Assembly: GCA_021613535.1 (NCBI GenBank)
Contig: CP075494.1
Coordinates: 4,340,001 to 4,404,000 of the forward strand
Length of the DNA: 64,000 nucleotides
Direction of reading: 5' to 3'
DNA from: Adineta vaga
Lineage: Eukaryota; Animalia; Rotifera
In this document: piece after piece, positions 27,057-39,700 of the stretch
How the letters are laid out: each line of letters begins with the position of its first letter
Position numbering within the stretch: the first letter of the stretch is position 1
Position numbers and translations under genes: made by a program
Notes under the pieces: generated by a model
The model's input: only the letters and a program-made list of their open reading frames with translations
Databases searched by the model: none
What the model was told of the DNA's origin: nothing

Positions 27057-27509
27057 TTCGAATTCTAAGCTATGCAAATGAGATAGCTGTACTGAACTTA
27101 TACATGATGGTGTTTTTAAAGTATTTAATAAATAATTTCTATTAGATATTTTTATCTAATTAAATATGTTTCTAAAAAAGATAATTGGGAATGATCTAAT
27201 ACATAAAAGAAGGATATTTTTCGCGTAAAATCATTTCCTTTTTCTTTCAACTTCATCAGGAGAACCTTTTCGAAAATGTCATTTTTATATTAAAAAAAGT
27301 CCTCTAATAATAATACAACTTGTTACCATTCGGCATTTGAATGAATATCAATCAAACTGCTGCGTAATGGAGAAAGTGAAGTAGAGAAGAGCATAGAGCG
27401 GATAAAATCATGAAATATGAGAAAAGACATATAGGAGGGAGAGAAATGCGACTACTATGTCGCAGTTCCTAGCTCGTCTGAATCAAGAACAATTGATTGG
27501 GTCCAAATA

Positions 27510-27690
27510 GTGACATTCGTTTGAGTTTTAGATGCATTCGTACCTACAACAGCATATTCTTCTTTGACTGCTTGTAGCCAAGACATTATTCGATGATTAA
27601 AATAGTCAACTACATACATAGTACCAGGACCAATTTAAATGATTCAGATCATTTCCCTCACCATTACCACCTCATTGACAACTAAATACG
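27510..27690 (-). pseudogene. NHL-repeat protein remnant
   Basis: Minus-strand fragments GGNGEGNDLNHLN and GTMYVVDYFNHRIMSWLQAVKEEYAVVG match NHL-repeat consensus; broken by deletion or frameshift. Confidence 0.6.
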
Positions 27691-28225
27691 CGATCATTAA
27701 CGTTGATCACCTATTCTAAATCGATCATCTTTGATAGATGGATACACACCTGAGTATAGTTACATGACCTTCGTTAATACAGATATTAGAACGTGAATGT
27801 ATGACTTATCATCGTTCACATCCACTTCATTTTATATAAATTCGAATTAAAGACACATGCGCATCCTAACATAACATTCTTCCGTGAATATATTTTTGTT
27901 TGTTCAGGTGAGCATAGTTCATCTAGAAGTTTGATATTTAAGTGCATTTGGGTATAATATTTTAAAATGTCACTAATTGTTGTCTTTTTCTTTTTTTTTC
28001 TGAAACTTTGTAGACGTATACAAATGTTTGGATAGAAAAAAATTTTTATCTCGTTTTTCTAAAAAGAAGATTCTCGTTTAATTTTATTTTTTATAAACAT
28101 TTCCTCACTTATCTTTTCTCTCTCGTATCAAAATGAAGCACGCATTCATTTATTTTTACAATATTATTTAGAAGCTACAACTGGATCGTGTTCAACGCTA
28201 ATATTATCAACGAATATTTATTAAG

Positions 28226-29125
28226 ATGGATTTTGCTTCAATTATTAATCGAATATATATACTTGTTAGTTGTTGCAATTTTTGCATTGCAGCGGCTTTT
28301 CTTACTCTGGCTTTTCTCTATCGACATCGATGCTTCAATTTTCCCACACTCCTAGCTTGTAATACTGCTCTAGCTGTTTTGATCAATTCTGCTAATCACA
28401 TAGCAACAGCTGTCTATATGTTTATATGGGATCAATATCTAGTACCTGATATGGATTCATTATGTGCATTGCGTGCGTATCTGCAGCATTCAACTGTTAC
28501 TTGCATTTATCATTCATTTATTTTATTAGCTATTGAAAAATATAATAAGGTTATTGGCATTAGATTTCTAAATACTAAACACCGAAAAATTTGTTTGGTA
28601 CTTTTTCAATGGATATTTGATTTTACTTTTGATTTACCTGTTTTAGTCACAGGTAATATGACGAAACTTTCATTTGATAATGTATGCTTTGTGAAATTAA
28701 CACGACTTGATCTTTCATTATATATGGCTGGAGTGTCATTCTTATTAACCGATATTGTTTTAAGTATAATCTATCGATTACTAGTACGTCATGTGCGTCA
28801 AGTCTCGGCAAGACTCGATAATAATCGACAAATGCGGATGCAACGAGATTTAACTATGGTTCGTCGTATTATTTTATTAAATCTTCAATTAATCATAGTC
28901 GGAATACCGGTACTTATCGTCGTTGTCTTCTCTATAGTTCGTGTCGATCTTGTGCCTAACAAATTCATGCGTGTCATTCTTTTAATGACAATTTTACCGT
29001 ACTCACCTCTGCTTATTATTTTGTTATTACTGACACCAAATCTACAAGAAATTCTCAAGGAATGGCGAAATAAGTTCAAATTTCGTATGACAACAGGAAT
29101 TACTCCTATACAAATCGTAGCATGA
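28226..29125 (+). CDS. Orphan rhodopsin-family GPCR, intronless
   Basis: 299 aa, 7 hydrophobic segments, LLACNT, LCALRAYL, LAIEKY, RDLTMVRRI. Confidence 0.85.
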   Translation: MDFASIINRIYILVSCCNFCIAAAFLTLAFLYRHRCFNFPTLLACNTALAVLINSANHIATAVYMFIWDQYLVPDMDSLCALRAYLQHSTVTCIYHSFILLAIEKYNKVIGIRFLNTKHRKICLVLFQWIFDFTFDLPVLVTGNMTKLSFDNVCFVKLTRLDLSLYMAGVSFLLTDIVLSIIYRLLVRHVRQVSARLDNNRQMRMQRDLTMVRRIILLNLQLIIVGIPVLIVVVFSIVRVDLVPNKFMRVILLMTILPYSPLLIILLLLTPNLQEILKEWRNKFKFRMTTGITPIQIVA

Positions 29126-29396
29126 CATTATCACGCATCATACTTATTTCATTAATTATTATCCGATGAATTTATCTCATACATTCGAGTCACTATGCAT
29201 TTCGTCAATAATTCACATTCGTATTCAAAGAAAAGAAGAACTATTGACTTAAGAGAAAATGCAAAATTAACACAGTTTATGACATTTTTCTTTATTTTGA
29301 AAAAACAAAAAAGATTCAAATACATTTTATATATTGCGAGAATAAAAATAAAATATAAATTTTAAACTTATGACCTTTTCACTTATTTTTCCGTTC

Positions 29397-30023
29397 TTAT
29401 TTCATAAAAAATTGTAAAACTAACAATGAATAACATGCTACTGTTGCTATATTAAAATACTGTGCCGTGTCTGTATATTGATTATTAGAAGGCAACAATG
29501 ACGTCCTATTTTTCATGTTTACGTTCATATCTTTGTCTTTCTGATCAGCTGGCTGCTCGAATACATATACAAAATATTCCAATGCAACAGAAATCGTTGA
29601 AAATGTCATAATCAACCAGAAACATAGATGACCTAATCTTGAATATTTTAAATTTAACATATCTGTATAACTCAATGCAAAGAATTCATAAAGAATAAAG
29701 AATGCCATCGAATTTATTGTTATCACTTCATGTGAACCAAAGATAGGTATGAAAAGACTTAACAATTGTCCTAACATTGCTATTAAATGAAAGAGATTTT
29801 CCATGGTAATAATAAACATTTAAAGTCGATAATCTTTGAATTTCAGATATCCAATAAGACAAATCCAAATTGTATCAATAATTCCATAGCACACAAAAAT
29901 ATAAGCCATACAAGGACGATGTACCATTTGTTGATAGTAATAAATTAACAAAGAGAATGGCATTAACGATAAAAGTAATGGCTGATACAATGGGAAGGAT
30001 AATACCTGCATAAAAAAGCACAT
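29397..30023 (-). pseudogene. Multi-pass membrane protein, interrupted by an in-frame stop
   Basis: Two hydrophobic ORFs abut in the same frame, separated by a single TAA (CTT TAA ATG, 29820-29822). Splice acceptor at ~30006; the candidate upstream exon also contains stops. Confidence 0.5.
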
Positions 30024-30835
30024 GACTGATGTGAAGCAATCACAATGATCAGCATTCTTCTATAATTAGATCTGCGTAATTAGTTCTTTTTTATAAGATA
30101 AGAAATCAGATCGTCATCGATTATTATGAAGAAAAAGAACTGGAACCGCAAAAAGCATGTACGTTGGAGAAAAAGATAAGAGATGATCAGAATAAATAGA
30201 ATCAAAGGAATATGTAATAGAAAAGGAATTACGGTACTTCATGAGGGTATGTCTTCATGGTCATATCTACATACTTTGATGAGATAAGACAACCAATTAG
30301 ATCAAAATATATAAACGACAGATGGTAATTTTAATGACAATGGATAAATTTTTTAGATCTTTGTTCAAAAATGATAGATTTATCAATATTGGTGACAGTA
30401 TTTTTTAAAATATGTCTTTGATTTAAGCTATTCTTCATTCACATGTTGTCAGCACCCGAAATAAATCTCATTCAAGTTCTGTACTAATGCTAAATCATCT
30501 ATTTGAACAATCAAAAATCATCGGAAATATCTGAATATTTTATTTCTTCGCCTTTAGTCTTTCTGAAATGACCCTCCGATTTTGCCAATGATAGTACACA
30601 ACGAAATGAGTATTGAACACTAATTTCTATGCATATATTTTATATGAATTCAATTCATCTTGAAATCTATATTTATACATGTTGATACATTGATCAGTGA
30701 TGAGAAATTTTCGGAGCTTTTTTTTCCGTTTTGTACTTTAGAGGAGTACTATGAAAATATGATGAAATTCCTCATTTCTGCTTTGCTTTTATGCTTCTTT
30801 TTTGTTCATACATAAAATGTGAAGTTTTATTATTT

Positions 30836-31865
30836 TTATGGTTCTATTTGATTGTTGTTTTGCAATCGTAGACGGAATCGATCGAGATGCATTTTAAATA
30901 GAACATAGATCAATTGTTGACGAAACCTCTTCGATACACATGTATATATGTAGAATGCACCCTAAAAATCGAAAAAAAAATCATTTAAATGTTATTTAAA
31001 ATCGATAAATACTAACCATAGAATAAAGATAATAAATAAGAATGCATATATTTAAAAAAATACCCAGTATAGTTTTACTACATATATCGAGTCTATTGTC
31101 TGCAATATTATTATAAATGGTTACAATTGACATTGGTGTCATAGTAATAATATTGTAAATAACTTGAATGAGAACCATCGTTGTTAATTGTTTATCTAAT
31201 TCTCGTCGAACTAATGGAACTGTTCGATAAGCTAGTTGTTGTACATTTCGATATGCTAAATATCCAAATGAACCCATAATCGTTAGTGGAAAAAGTGTGA
31301 GAAGAAAAATTGAATGGAAATAATCGTAATATTGTGTAAAAATAGTACTGGTAACAATACAAATAGAATTGCCTGTACTCATTGATATAGTATGATTATA
31401 AGTCAATAGAAAAGGAATACAATATAAAATTGTACATAGAAATATTCCTATAACGATGGATCGAGCGAGTTTAACATTATTTAATCGATACCAACGAACA
31501 TTAGAAAGTGTTGCTAAGAATTGATCAACTGTTGCTAAACACATACATGATATCGATGTTAATAGACATACTTGAACATAGTATGGACGAAATTTACAAT
31601 AAAATAATGATTCATTTGGCCAATTAATTGCAAATCCATTAATCATAATAAATGTTAATAAACCGGTAAATAAATGAAATGTATTAACACTTGACATCAT
31701 TGTTAAATAACATGCACATGAATTTTGTCGAAATGTTTCAAGACTAAGAAAAATAAGTAAAGTTAAGAGATTACCAATGAGACCAAGAATAAAAAGAGTA
31801 AAACCAATATAAATAATCATGTGTTGTGATATAGAATTTAAAAATATGATTGTAGAATTACACAT
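30836..31865 (-). CDS. Orphan rhodopsin-family GPCR, paralog of 23644-24679
   Basis: FRQNSCACYL, ATVDQF, PLVRRELDKQ. Intron at the same position (30962-31015) adds GAFYIYTCVSKRFRQQL...IEP*. Confidence 0.9.
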
Positions 31866-33270
31866 TTTTTGAGGGCGGTATAAAATTTCAGTTTCTTCCT
31901 TCCTAACGATAGACTAACAGTCAGATTTCGATTTGTCTTTACAATGTAATTATGAATTTATATCAGTTATGAAAGAATTTGTCGCAATAGAGATTCATAT
32001 AGGAAATTAAAAATCTGTCTGTTAATTTCGGGTATATTCACTTATAAAGTTAAAATCTGTTGATGTCATGTGTCTGATAATCTTTCATACCTTTTTTTAA
32101 TTGAATTTTCTTAGATAATTCTTTGTTTTTAATAAATGGTGGATGTACGATCTTTTTCATTTACGGAGAGAACATGTTTATTAATATTTTTCAGGTGTGT
32201 TGCAGTTCAAAAAGGCATGCAGCTTTTTATTATAATCATATTTTGGATATGTCTCAGTATTTCGAAGAATTATTACAACAACAACAAAAAAATCGCAATT
32301 ATAAAACATTCATTCTTTCTTCAATGGGTTTTCCTTCTCTCTCTGACTCTTGTTGCTGTATATCCCAAACAAATGTGACAAGAACAGCGAAGTGATAGAC
32401 GCGTGTTTTTAACTGAACTATAGGTACCCGAACGATTTGTTTGAATTGCACATGAGCTAAGAGCCTTGATGATTATTCGGAAAACGGCAGGTTTTTTTTA
32501 TCCCGTTTGCTAGGGGAAGAAAAAGTCTTCGGCTTTGGTTTACTACTATTTTTGAAATATTGTCAAGTTCATAAGTATTTTATAGATCCGCATAGAATTC
32601 TCTTTTTTACCATAGATCTTGGTAAAAACTTGTTGTAAGTTATCAACTTATGTTTTTTTAATAGGTTGTTGCGCAACATGAAATAAGTTTCCATGTCAGA
32701 AAATGTTTTTATTAATTCAATAATTAATAGAAGATTTTATTCAAATGCAGAGAAAAAGATTATTAGTTAAAATAAATATTAATATTGTTGAGACATACAC
32801 ATTCGATTGATTATAAGACAATAAGAAAAGGAATATAGAATCATTCTTTTCTATAACAAGTCGCTTGAATGTATGCATATCTCTGTAATTGATTTAGTAT
32901 GCTAACAACGATCAACTATTTTTTCTGATATTGCATTCGATTTCGATAAGAATTGCTTATCTTCATTGAAGTTTTATAAGCCTGAATTGTGAAATACAAA
33001 AATTATGAACGCAAAATTTTGTAGAATAAATCAATTCGGTTGCATTTCTCTTCAATTACAGAAAAAAAATATTTCGCTGTTCCTATTCTTCATATTTCTT
33101 TGATCTATTTAGAAAAAGAAGATATAGTAACTTAATAAAGGATATACTGACAAGGATCGTGAAAAAAACAGATAAACTAAAATGAGAACACACATCAATG
33201 AGCGAAAGTATCATATTTATTTATTGAACGATACAAAAGTAAACAACAAATTTCACGTCGGAATATAATA

Positions 33271-34230
33271 TTATGAATTATTACATTTCAAAAACTCTCT
33301 CATTCGATTCTGATCCCATGTTTTAAAGTTTTTCAATTTACATAATTCTTGAAGACGTTTGTTTTGATTTTTCTCTAGATAATTACCTACGAATTGTTCA
33401 ATTTTATCGATCAGAAAACCAATAATAAGATAGTAAATTCCACCAGTAACTACTGCAGCAACTATGTTGCTTGAAAATAAAGGAAAAATCCAAGTGAAAC
33501 AAATTGCAAGGAAGAACGTGACCAGTAATTTGAAATGTTTTTGTCTTCGATCTTCTTGGATTAGATCAGTTTTAGTAGTATGAGTTAATCCATTTCCATA
33601 CAATTTTCCACTTTGAGTTTTATATGTAAGTACATGTCGAAATACAATAGATATTCTTTCTCCAATTTGACTTTTTTCTTTTTTGATTCCATGCACATAA
33701 TGTTTGTTAGTTTCTTCATCTAGTAAGAATAGAGAATTTCCTGGAAGATTTACATTTAATTTTTGTGGTCCATCGAATGTGCTTTCTTGCTTTTTCACCA
33801 AATCCATTTGTCTACTGACGCCAAGACTTACAACTGCAATTTTTGAACCAGATGCTAAATCTAACATACAATCACTATGTAGACCCATACTTTCTTGTCC
33901 ATCTTTATAATAAATAATATGAGCTAAATTCCAAGTTTCTCCTGTTCTGTGTTCGATTGTCTGCTTCAATTTTTCTACCGTTGGTGTCCATGACGAATAA
34001 GCAACATTATTCTGAGGAACGAGTGCAATTTTACATCTATACCATGGTTGATCTCCAGATGAGTTCACACTTGCTTGAAATGCCATTAATCGTGGAAGAC
34101 GAACAAGTAATTGATCTTTTCCTAACGCATAATATTGTCCATATTGAATTTCACCATTTTCCGGTCTTAAACAATTCAATGCTGATACAGCTTCATCGAA
34201 AGGCAAAAGATTTTCGATTAGTTCCGCCAT
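33271..34230 (-). CDS. AlkB-family 2OG-Fe(II) dioxygenase with two C-terminal transmembrane helices
   Basis: YKDGQESMGLHSD (HxD), IAVVSLG, HYVHGI and ERISIVFR (RxxxxFR), followed by two hydrophobic helices; intronless. Confidence 0.85.
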   Translation of the reverse strand: MAELIENLLPFDEAVSALNCLRPENGEIQYGQYYALGKDQLLVRLPRLMAFQASVNSSGDQPWYRCKIALVPQNNVAYSSWTPTVEKLKQTIEHRTGETWNLAHIIYYKDGQESMGLHSDCMLDLASGSKIAVVSLGVSRQMDLVKKQESTFDGPQKLNVNLPGNSLFLLDEETNKHYVHGIKKEKSQIGERISIVFRHVLTYKTQSGKLYGNGLTHTTKTDLIQEDRRQKHFKLLVTFFLAICFTWIFPLFSSNIVAAVVTGGIYYLIIGFLIDKIEQFVGNYLEKNQNKRLQELCKLKNFKTWDQNRMREFLKCNNS

Positions 34231-34571
34231 GTCAATACGCTTTACAAGTCACTAGGATACTAACTTGCTGATTTTTATACGAGTCAATTATAATTTACTT
34301 GTGAGAGTAAACAGTATTTATATGTATTCTTACTTCTCGATTGAGTAATAACAAATTGTCATGTTCGGTAAGTATCATTTCATCATTCTTATGATTCACA
34401 TTAACGTTGCATAATCCTATTTTAAAGCTATCGATGTCCAAGTGAATGAGACTTTAATATTAAAATCTCCTGAGAATGACAAATGCAGTAACGTGAATAT
34501 GGTTTTTCATACATTTAATGTTTATTTAATAACGAAACTAAACTGAAAAAACATGACAACAAAACAAAAAT

Positions 34572-35812
34572 CTATTCACTAAGAGTGAGAGTTTCTTTTG
34601 TTTGTTGAGTTACAGAGTCAACCGTATCACGATACCATTCAACTTGCTTGGATCGAACTATCCCAGCATGTATAGTAAATAGAAATCGAATAATATCAGA
34701 AAAACATTTAACAGTCCATTCTAATTTATAGATAAAAATCAAATATCTCCATGTTAATTCAATATATTTATCTTGAATTGTTAAGATCTTTTTCATATTT
34801 GAAAAGGTTTTTGAAGAATCCGTTGAAAATGACATAATTGCTAAACATAATTTCATCACGACATTATCAGAAATTATTCGAGCGGCAATACGTTTCATAA
34901 CTGAAATTGAACCAGGATTACTAATAATTCCAACAGCTTCATAAAACACAGGCAAATCCATTATTCCTATTTGAGAATTAATAAAATTCGCCAAAGTTGC
35001 TGTTGTATATATCATTGTATTTTCTAATAGAATCGAATGATCATCTGCAACTAAATCAATAAAATCCCGATTATTTGTGTATAAGAGTTGACCTTCACCA
35101 ATCAATAATTGTAATAAATGAAGGATTGATACAGGTTTATAACGTAATTTAAGTGGAAGCTTAGTTTGTTCGTTCATAAAATTTCGAGCAATATGATCAA
35201 TCCACTGTATTCATCATAACATTTTAATAAATTAGAAAGAAGATTCCATTGATCAGCATTTATATTCGATTGATCTGCATCTAATAAATTTATTGTTGAT
35301 AACTAAAATTCAGAAAACAGATAATATAGTCAAAACAAAGAATAATTTCATCTTAGAACAATAAAAGTAATCGATTGATCATCTATTTTCGATACTACCG
35401 AAGATTTTTATCAAATATTAAAGATTTAAATCTTTTACCTTTTGGGGCGTTCTCAATAAAATTGCCTTTAATTTTGATACTACGGATTTATTTTTCTTTG
35501 AATGTGGATATTCTCCTCGTAATCATTCAATGTCCATTCCATTTTCAAAACATTTCTTCAATCAACAAGAAGAATAAACATGACGATTATTAATATTTAT
35601 AACACAATCATCAATAAGGACATGGAGATATTTTCTAAAACCAAAAATAAATTCATAAACTTATAAGAAGAAAAATATCTGTAACCAACTTGACTTTCAG
35701 CGTTTCGTTTAAAGAACATCTTACATGGTCTACATGCAACACATCTATAAGAGCTACCATGAGCTGGTGCTTTACAAATTTTACATCCAAGTACCATCAC
35801 CTTTGATTCCAC
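34572..35812 (-). pseudogene. Nuclear hormone receptor pseudogene
   Basis: Zinc finger 1 is CKIC...CRPCKMFFKRN. Exon 2 reads DDCVININNRHVYSSC*LKKCFENGMDIE* after a frameshift. An LBD-like ORF at 34572-35177 is preceded by another frameshift. The start is GTG. Confidence 0.85.
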
Positions 35813-36777
35813 ACTTTTTCTTTAACTAGATCTAAAAACAAAGAAAATCTTTTTCATATTTTCTTAGTAAGAATAGAACGCAAAACAGACGAGAACAGAA
35901 AAGAAAAAGAAGAAAAACGTGTGTTTTTTCGTTCTTTCTGTTGAAAAGAATATTCTGGGTGTAGTGCAGGTCAGATTTAACATGAGTGCAAAATAGAATA
36001 AACATTTTTTTTCCTTTCAAACATAAAGACTTTATGTTTTTCTCGAGAGAAAAATAGGTGCTACAAGTTAATCAAGCTTATATTAATAGTGCGACTTTTA
36101 ATACAAATTCATAGAACACATATTTTGTTTAACATATGAAAATGGTATAATAAATTGTTTAATTTTTATTTCTTTTTCAATATCTAACATTGACATAGAC
36201 AGTTTTTTATCAGCTCGATAAAATCATTGAGGATCATTTGATAAAGGCGAGAAATACACAAAACATCACAAAAAAAAAATAAGCTCAAAACTGATGACAA
36301 ACTTCAGACTACAACAAGTTATTATGTTGTGAACTGATTCATCTTCTTTTTTTTCTTCTTCTTCCATAATATCAAGTGTGCACATTGTAGCATGCTTCAG
36401 AATAAAAATGCAAGAGGCAATATAGAAAGAGACCACTTTTGTAAAACTACAACCACAACTCGTCAGTATGATTGACATAAAAATAATCTGAGGTTTATTA
36501 CTTTTTATAATATAGAAAAATCATGTAAAGAAAACATTCTAAGCTTTTACAGTTAGCATATGAAATTGAATTTATATGATAATTTCACACGAACTATCAA
36601 TAACATTCTCACTTGGATAGTGATCTGAATATGTAGATTTATTAATAGTTTTATTAATTCTATTGTGTTTGATGAATGTGTGTGCAGAATATTTGATAGA
36701 ATCAGTTGCATTAAAAAGGACGTGACATATTAAATATTGAAATAGTTCACTCGAATGACTTGATATAAACAGAAGTA

Positions 36778-39700
36778 ATGCTCTTACAAGTAATACTTTT
36801 ATCGCTACTTTCGTTGATTGTAGAAGAAAGTATTTATCTATATGATACTCAAGATAGTATATCAGCGGAGTTTTATGATTGCATACCTCATAAAATTCAT
36901 GTGTATTGTCGTCGTCCGACCAGTCCCATTACTTTACAGCGAGATAATGAAGTACAACATTGTTATCATGGTGGTATTAGTTATTCATTCGATTTGCTTA
37001 TGAAATATAACATTAGCGCAAGTGTTATTTTGCATGAATATGGTTCTGGCATCGAAAAAGCAGAAGATTATTCGAGTTTTGTGGCACAATCGGGTAATTT
37101 GATTGATACAAACAATAATTATTTGTGTAAATGTACTAATCCACAATCATTCGGTAGACATTGTGAGTATCTATTTCCATTTGGTACAACGTTTAAAAAT
37201 ACACTTGAATGGGAATTAGAAATTAGAATAAAAGACGAAAATAAAGTACAACGATATGGTGATATTTTATGCTATACAACATTAATTTGTGATTCTGGAT
37301 TACATTGTCTCGATTGGCGAGATATTTGCGATGGCATGCAACAATGTATGTTTGGATATGATGAAGAAAATTGTGATAAACTTGAATTTAATGAATGTGA
37401 AGATGACGAATATCGATGTGTAAATGGACTTTGTATTCCTGATGTATATTTTCTTGATGGTGAATGGGATTGTATGGATATGNNNNNNNNNNNNNNNNNN
37501 NNNNNGACAGATGAAATAGGATATTATAACGGTTTTCATTGTCCATTTGACCAAGTTAGCATTATCTGTGATGATCGAACGTGCTTACGAAACGAATATT
37601 CTTGTGGAGATGGACAATGTATTTTTGACAAACTAGCTTTTCAAGTTTCGTCACCACCTGACGAACAATGTAGAAGTTATCGTGATCAATATTTTATATG
37701 TGAAACTCATAGCGATAAACCGAAATGGACTTTGCCCAATGGTAGATGTTATAATGACAAAAACTACGAAGAAACGTATAGTTTTGATCTAAGTAGAAGT
37801 GAAAAATGCATCTACTTCTTGAAATGTGTTCTTTCGCAAGGAATGGAAATCAACTGTCCATCAAGAAATAATTATTCTAATATTGACTATTTGCAGAAGT
37901 ATTGCAATTCACCATTCATTATGTACCCTTCTGGTGCACTATTTACATCCTATATATATGATTTTTATGACACGAATAGATCATCGCAACAACATACACC
38001 TGATTTTACCCTACTCAGTGGAAAGATTAAATGTCGAGGATATATAATCAATAACTATATCTTGGTGGATCATTGGACAAAGAAAAATTTTTTATATTCA
38101 GAAGAAACATTGTGCACAGATTTGTTCAACCATTCTATAGTTCTGAACGGTGGTTATGATCCATTTTGTTATAATAATTCTCAGACGTTCAACAAACAGT
38201 CGTATAATTTCATTGATGTATGCAACGAGTCAAATATATGTATTTCTGCGTATCGTATCGCAGATGGAACTCATGATTGTGCAAGTGGTGGGGATGAAAA
38301 TATAAATAAACAAGAATTAGTATGGAGAGCATGTTCAAAGATACAACATTATCGATTTTATTGTTCATCTACGCAACCAACATGTTTCCCAGTAAACATC
38401 CTCAATAACGGAATCAGCTTTTGCAACAATAGTCATGATGAAAGATGGATGGGAAGATCTATGCATTTGCATACACTAAATTGCCGTAGTACGTCAAAGG
38501 ACGATTGTGGAATAATTCGACAATATATTACGAATTCATGGAATGCTAGCTTCGCTAATGAGACTATTGTACCATTGCAACTTACAGAACAACTACCATT
38601 TCGATCGTATTGTGATACTTTTCCGAATTTTGACACAAAGCAAGATGAAGATAAAGATATGTGTAAAACTTGGTGGATTTGTCCTAAAGATCAATGGCGT
38701 TGCCGTTCGGGCCAATGTATCGATATCGATTGGATTCTGGATGGAGAATGGGATTGCTCAGATGCATCTGACGAACAAGGTTTTTTCTTTACTAATTATT
38801 CTTCATTCTCACATAGTTTAAATCGTATTGACTGGTCTATTGCTAAAGAGAAATTTCACAGACTCTACAACTACCAACCGTTCTGGAATATTTGCAACTT
38901 AGAAAAAGAATTTCCATGCTTTCCATTTAATATCACTTATCCATTAACTACTAAACATATAGTAGAACGACCTTGTATTGCTCTCGACAAACTTGGAAAT
39001 AATCATGCCGACTGTTTAGGTGGTGTTGATGAGCGAAATACAATAGATTACTGCGATAAGAGAAGTGCACTTGGATACAATTTTAAATGTCTATCGACGG
39101 AAACCTGTATCCAATATACTGATATTTGTCGAGTTCGATGCACTAATGACGTTGACGATAAACAAATATGTGCAGGTATGATGAATTCAGATAATTGCAC
39201 GAATGTTAATGATTTCAGGTGTTGGAATGGAACATGTATTAAGAACGGATGGTGCAACGAAAGATATGACTGCTCTCATGGAGAAGACGAATATCCTTGT
39301 ATTTTTCAAAAACAAGCAAATTACTATGAAAGTACGATATCCTATCGTGTTCAAAAGAAATTCAATGTAATGGAATTTCGGAAGAAGATCAGTCTACCTT
39401 TGTTCTCTTCCCAAGTGAAAATCATAACAAATTCAAATGTGATCGATACTGTAGTGCAGAGGAATGTAATAGATAATAATTCATATGACATAAGCTCTTC
39501 ATTGATTGCTTATGTATGTAATCGTGGTGTCGGTATTTATACATACAATGGTTCGATTGTTTGTTTTTGTCCCGAACAATATTACGGTGATAAATGTCAA
39601 TTTCACAGTGATCGATTAATTGTTAATCTTCTAGTAAATTTATCACAGTCAAATTACTCTCCATCTACGAATCTAACGACGGTGCTAAAAATGCTCGTTA

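Noticed and set aside
32123-32395. Overlapping 80-90 aa ORFs
   Set aside because: Low-complexity AT-rich frames with no motif, splice support or paralog.
37483-37505. Apparent 8-residue insertion in an LDLa repeat
   Set aside because: It is an N gap. The flanks ATG and GACAGATGAA join naturally as CMDMTDE, so the true gap is probably about zero.
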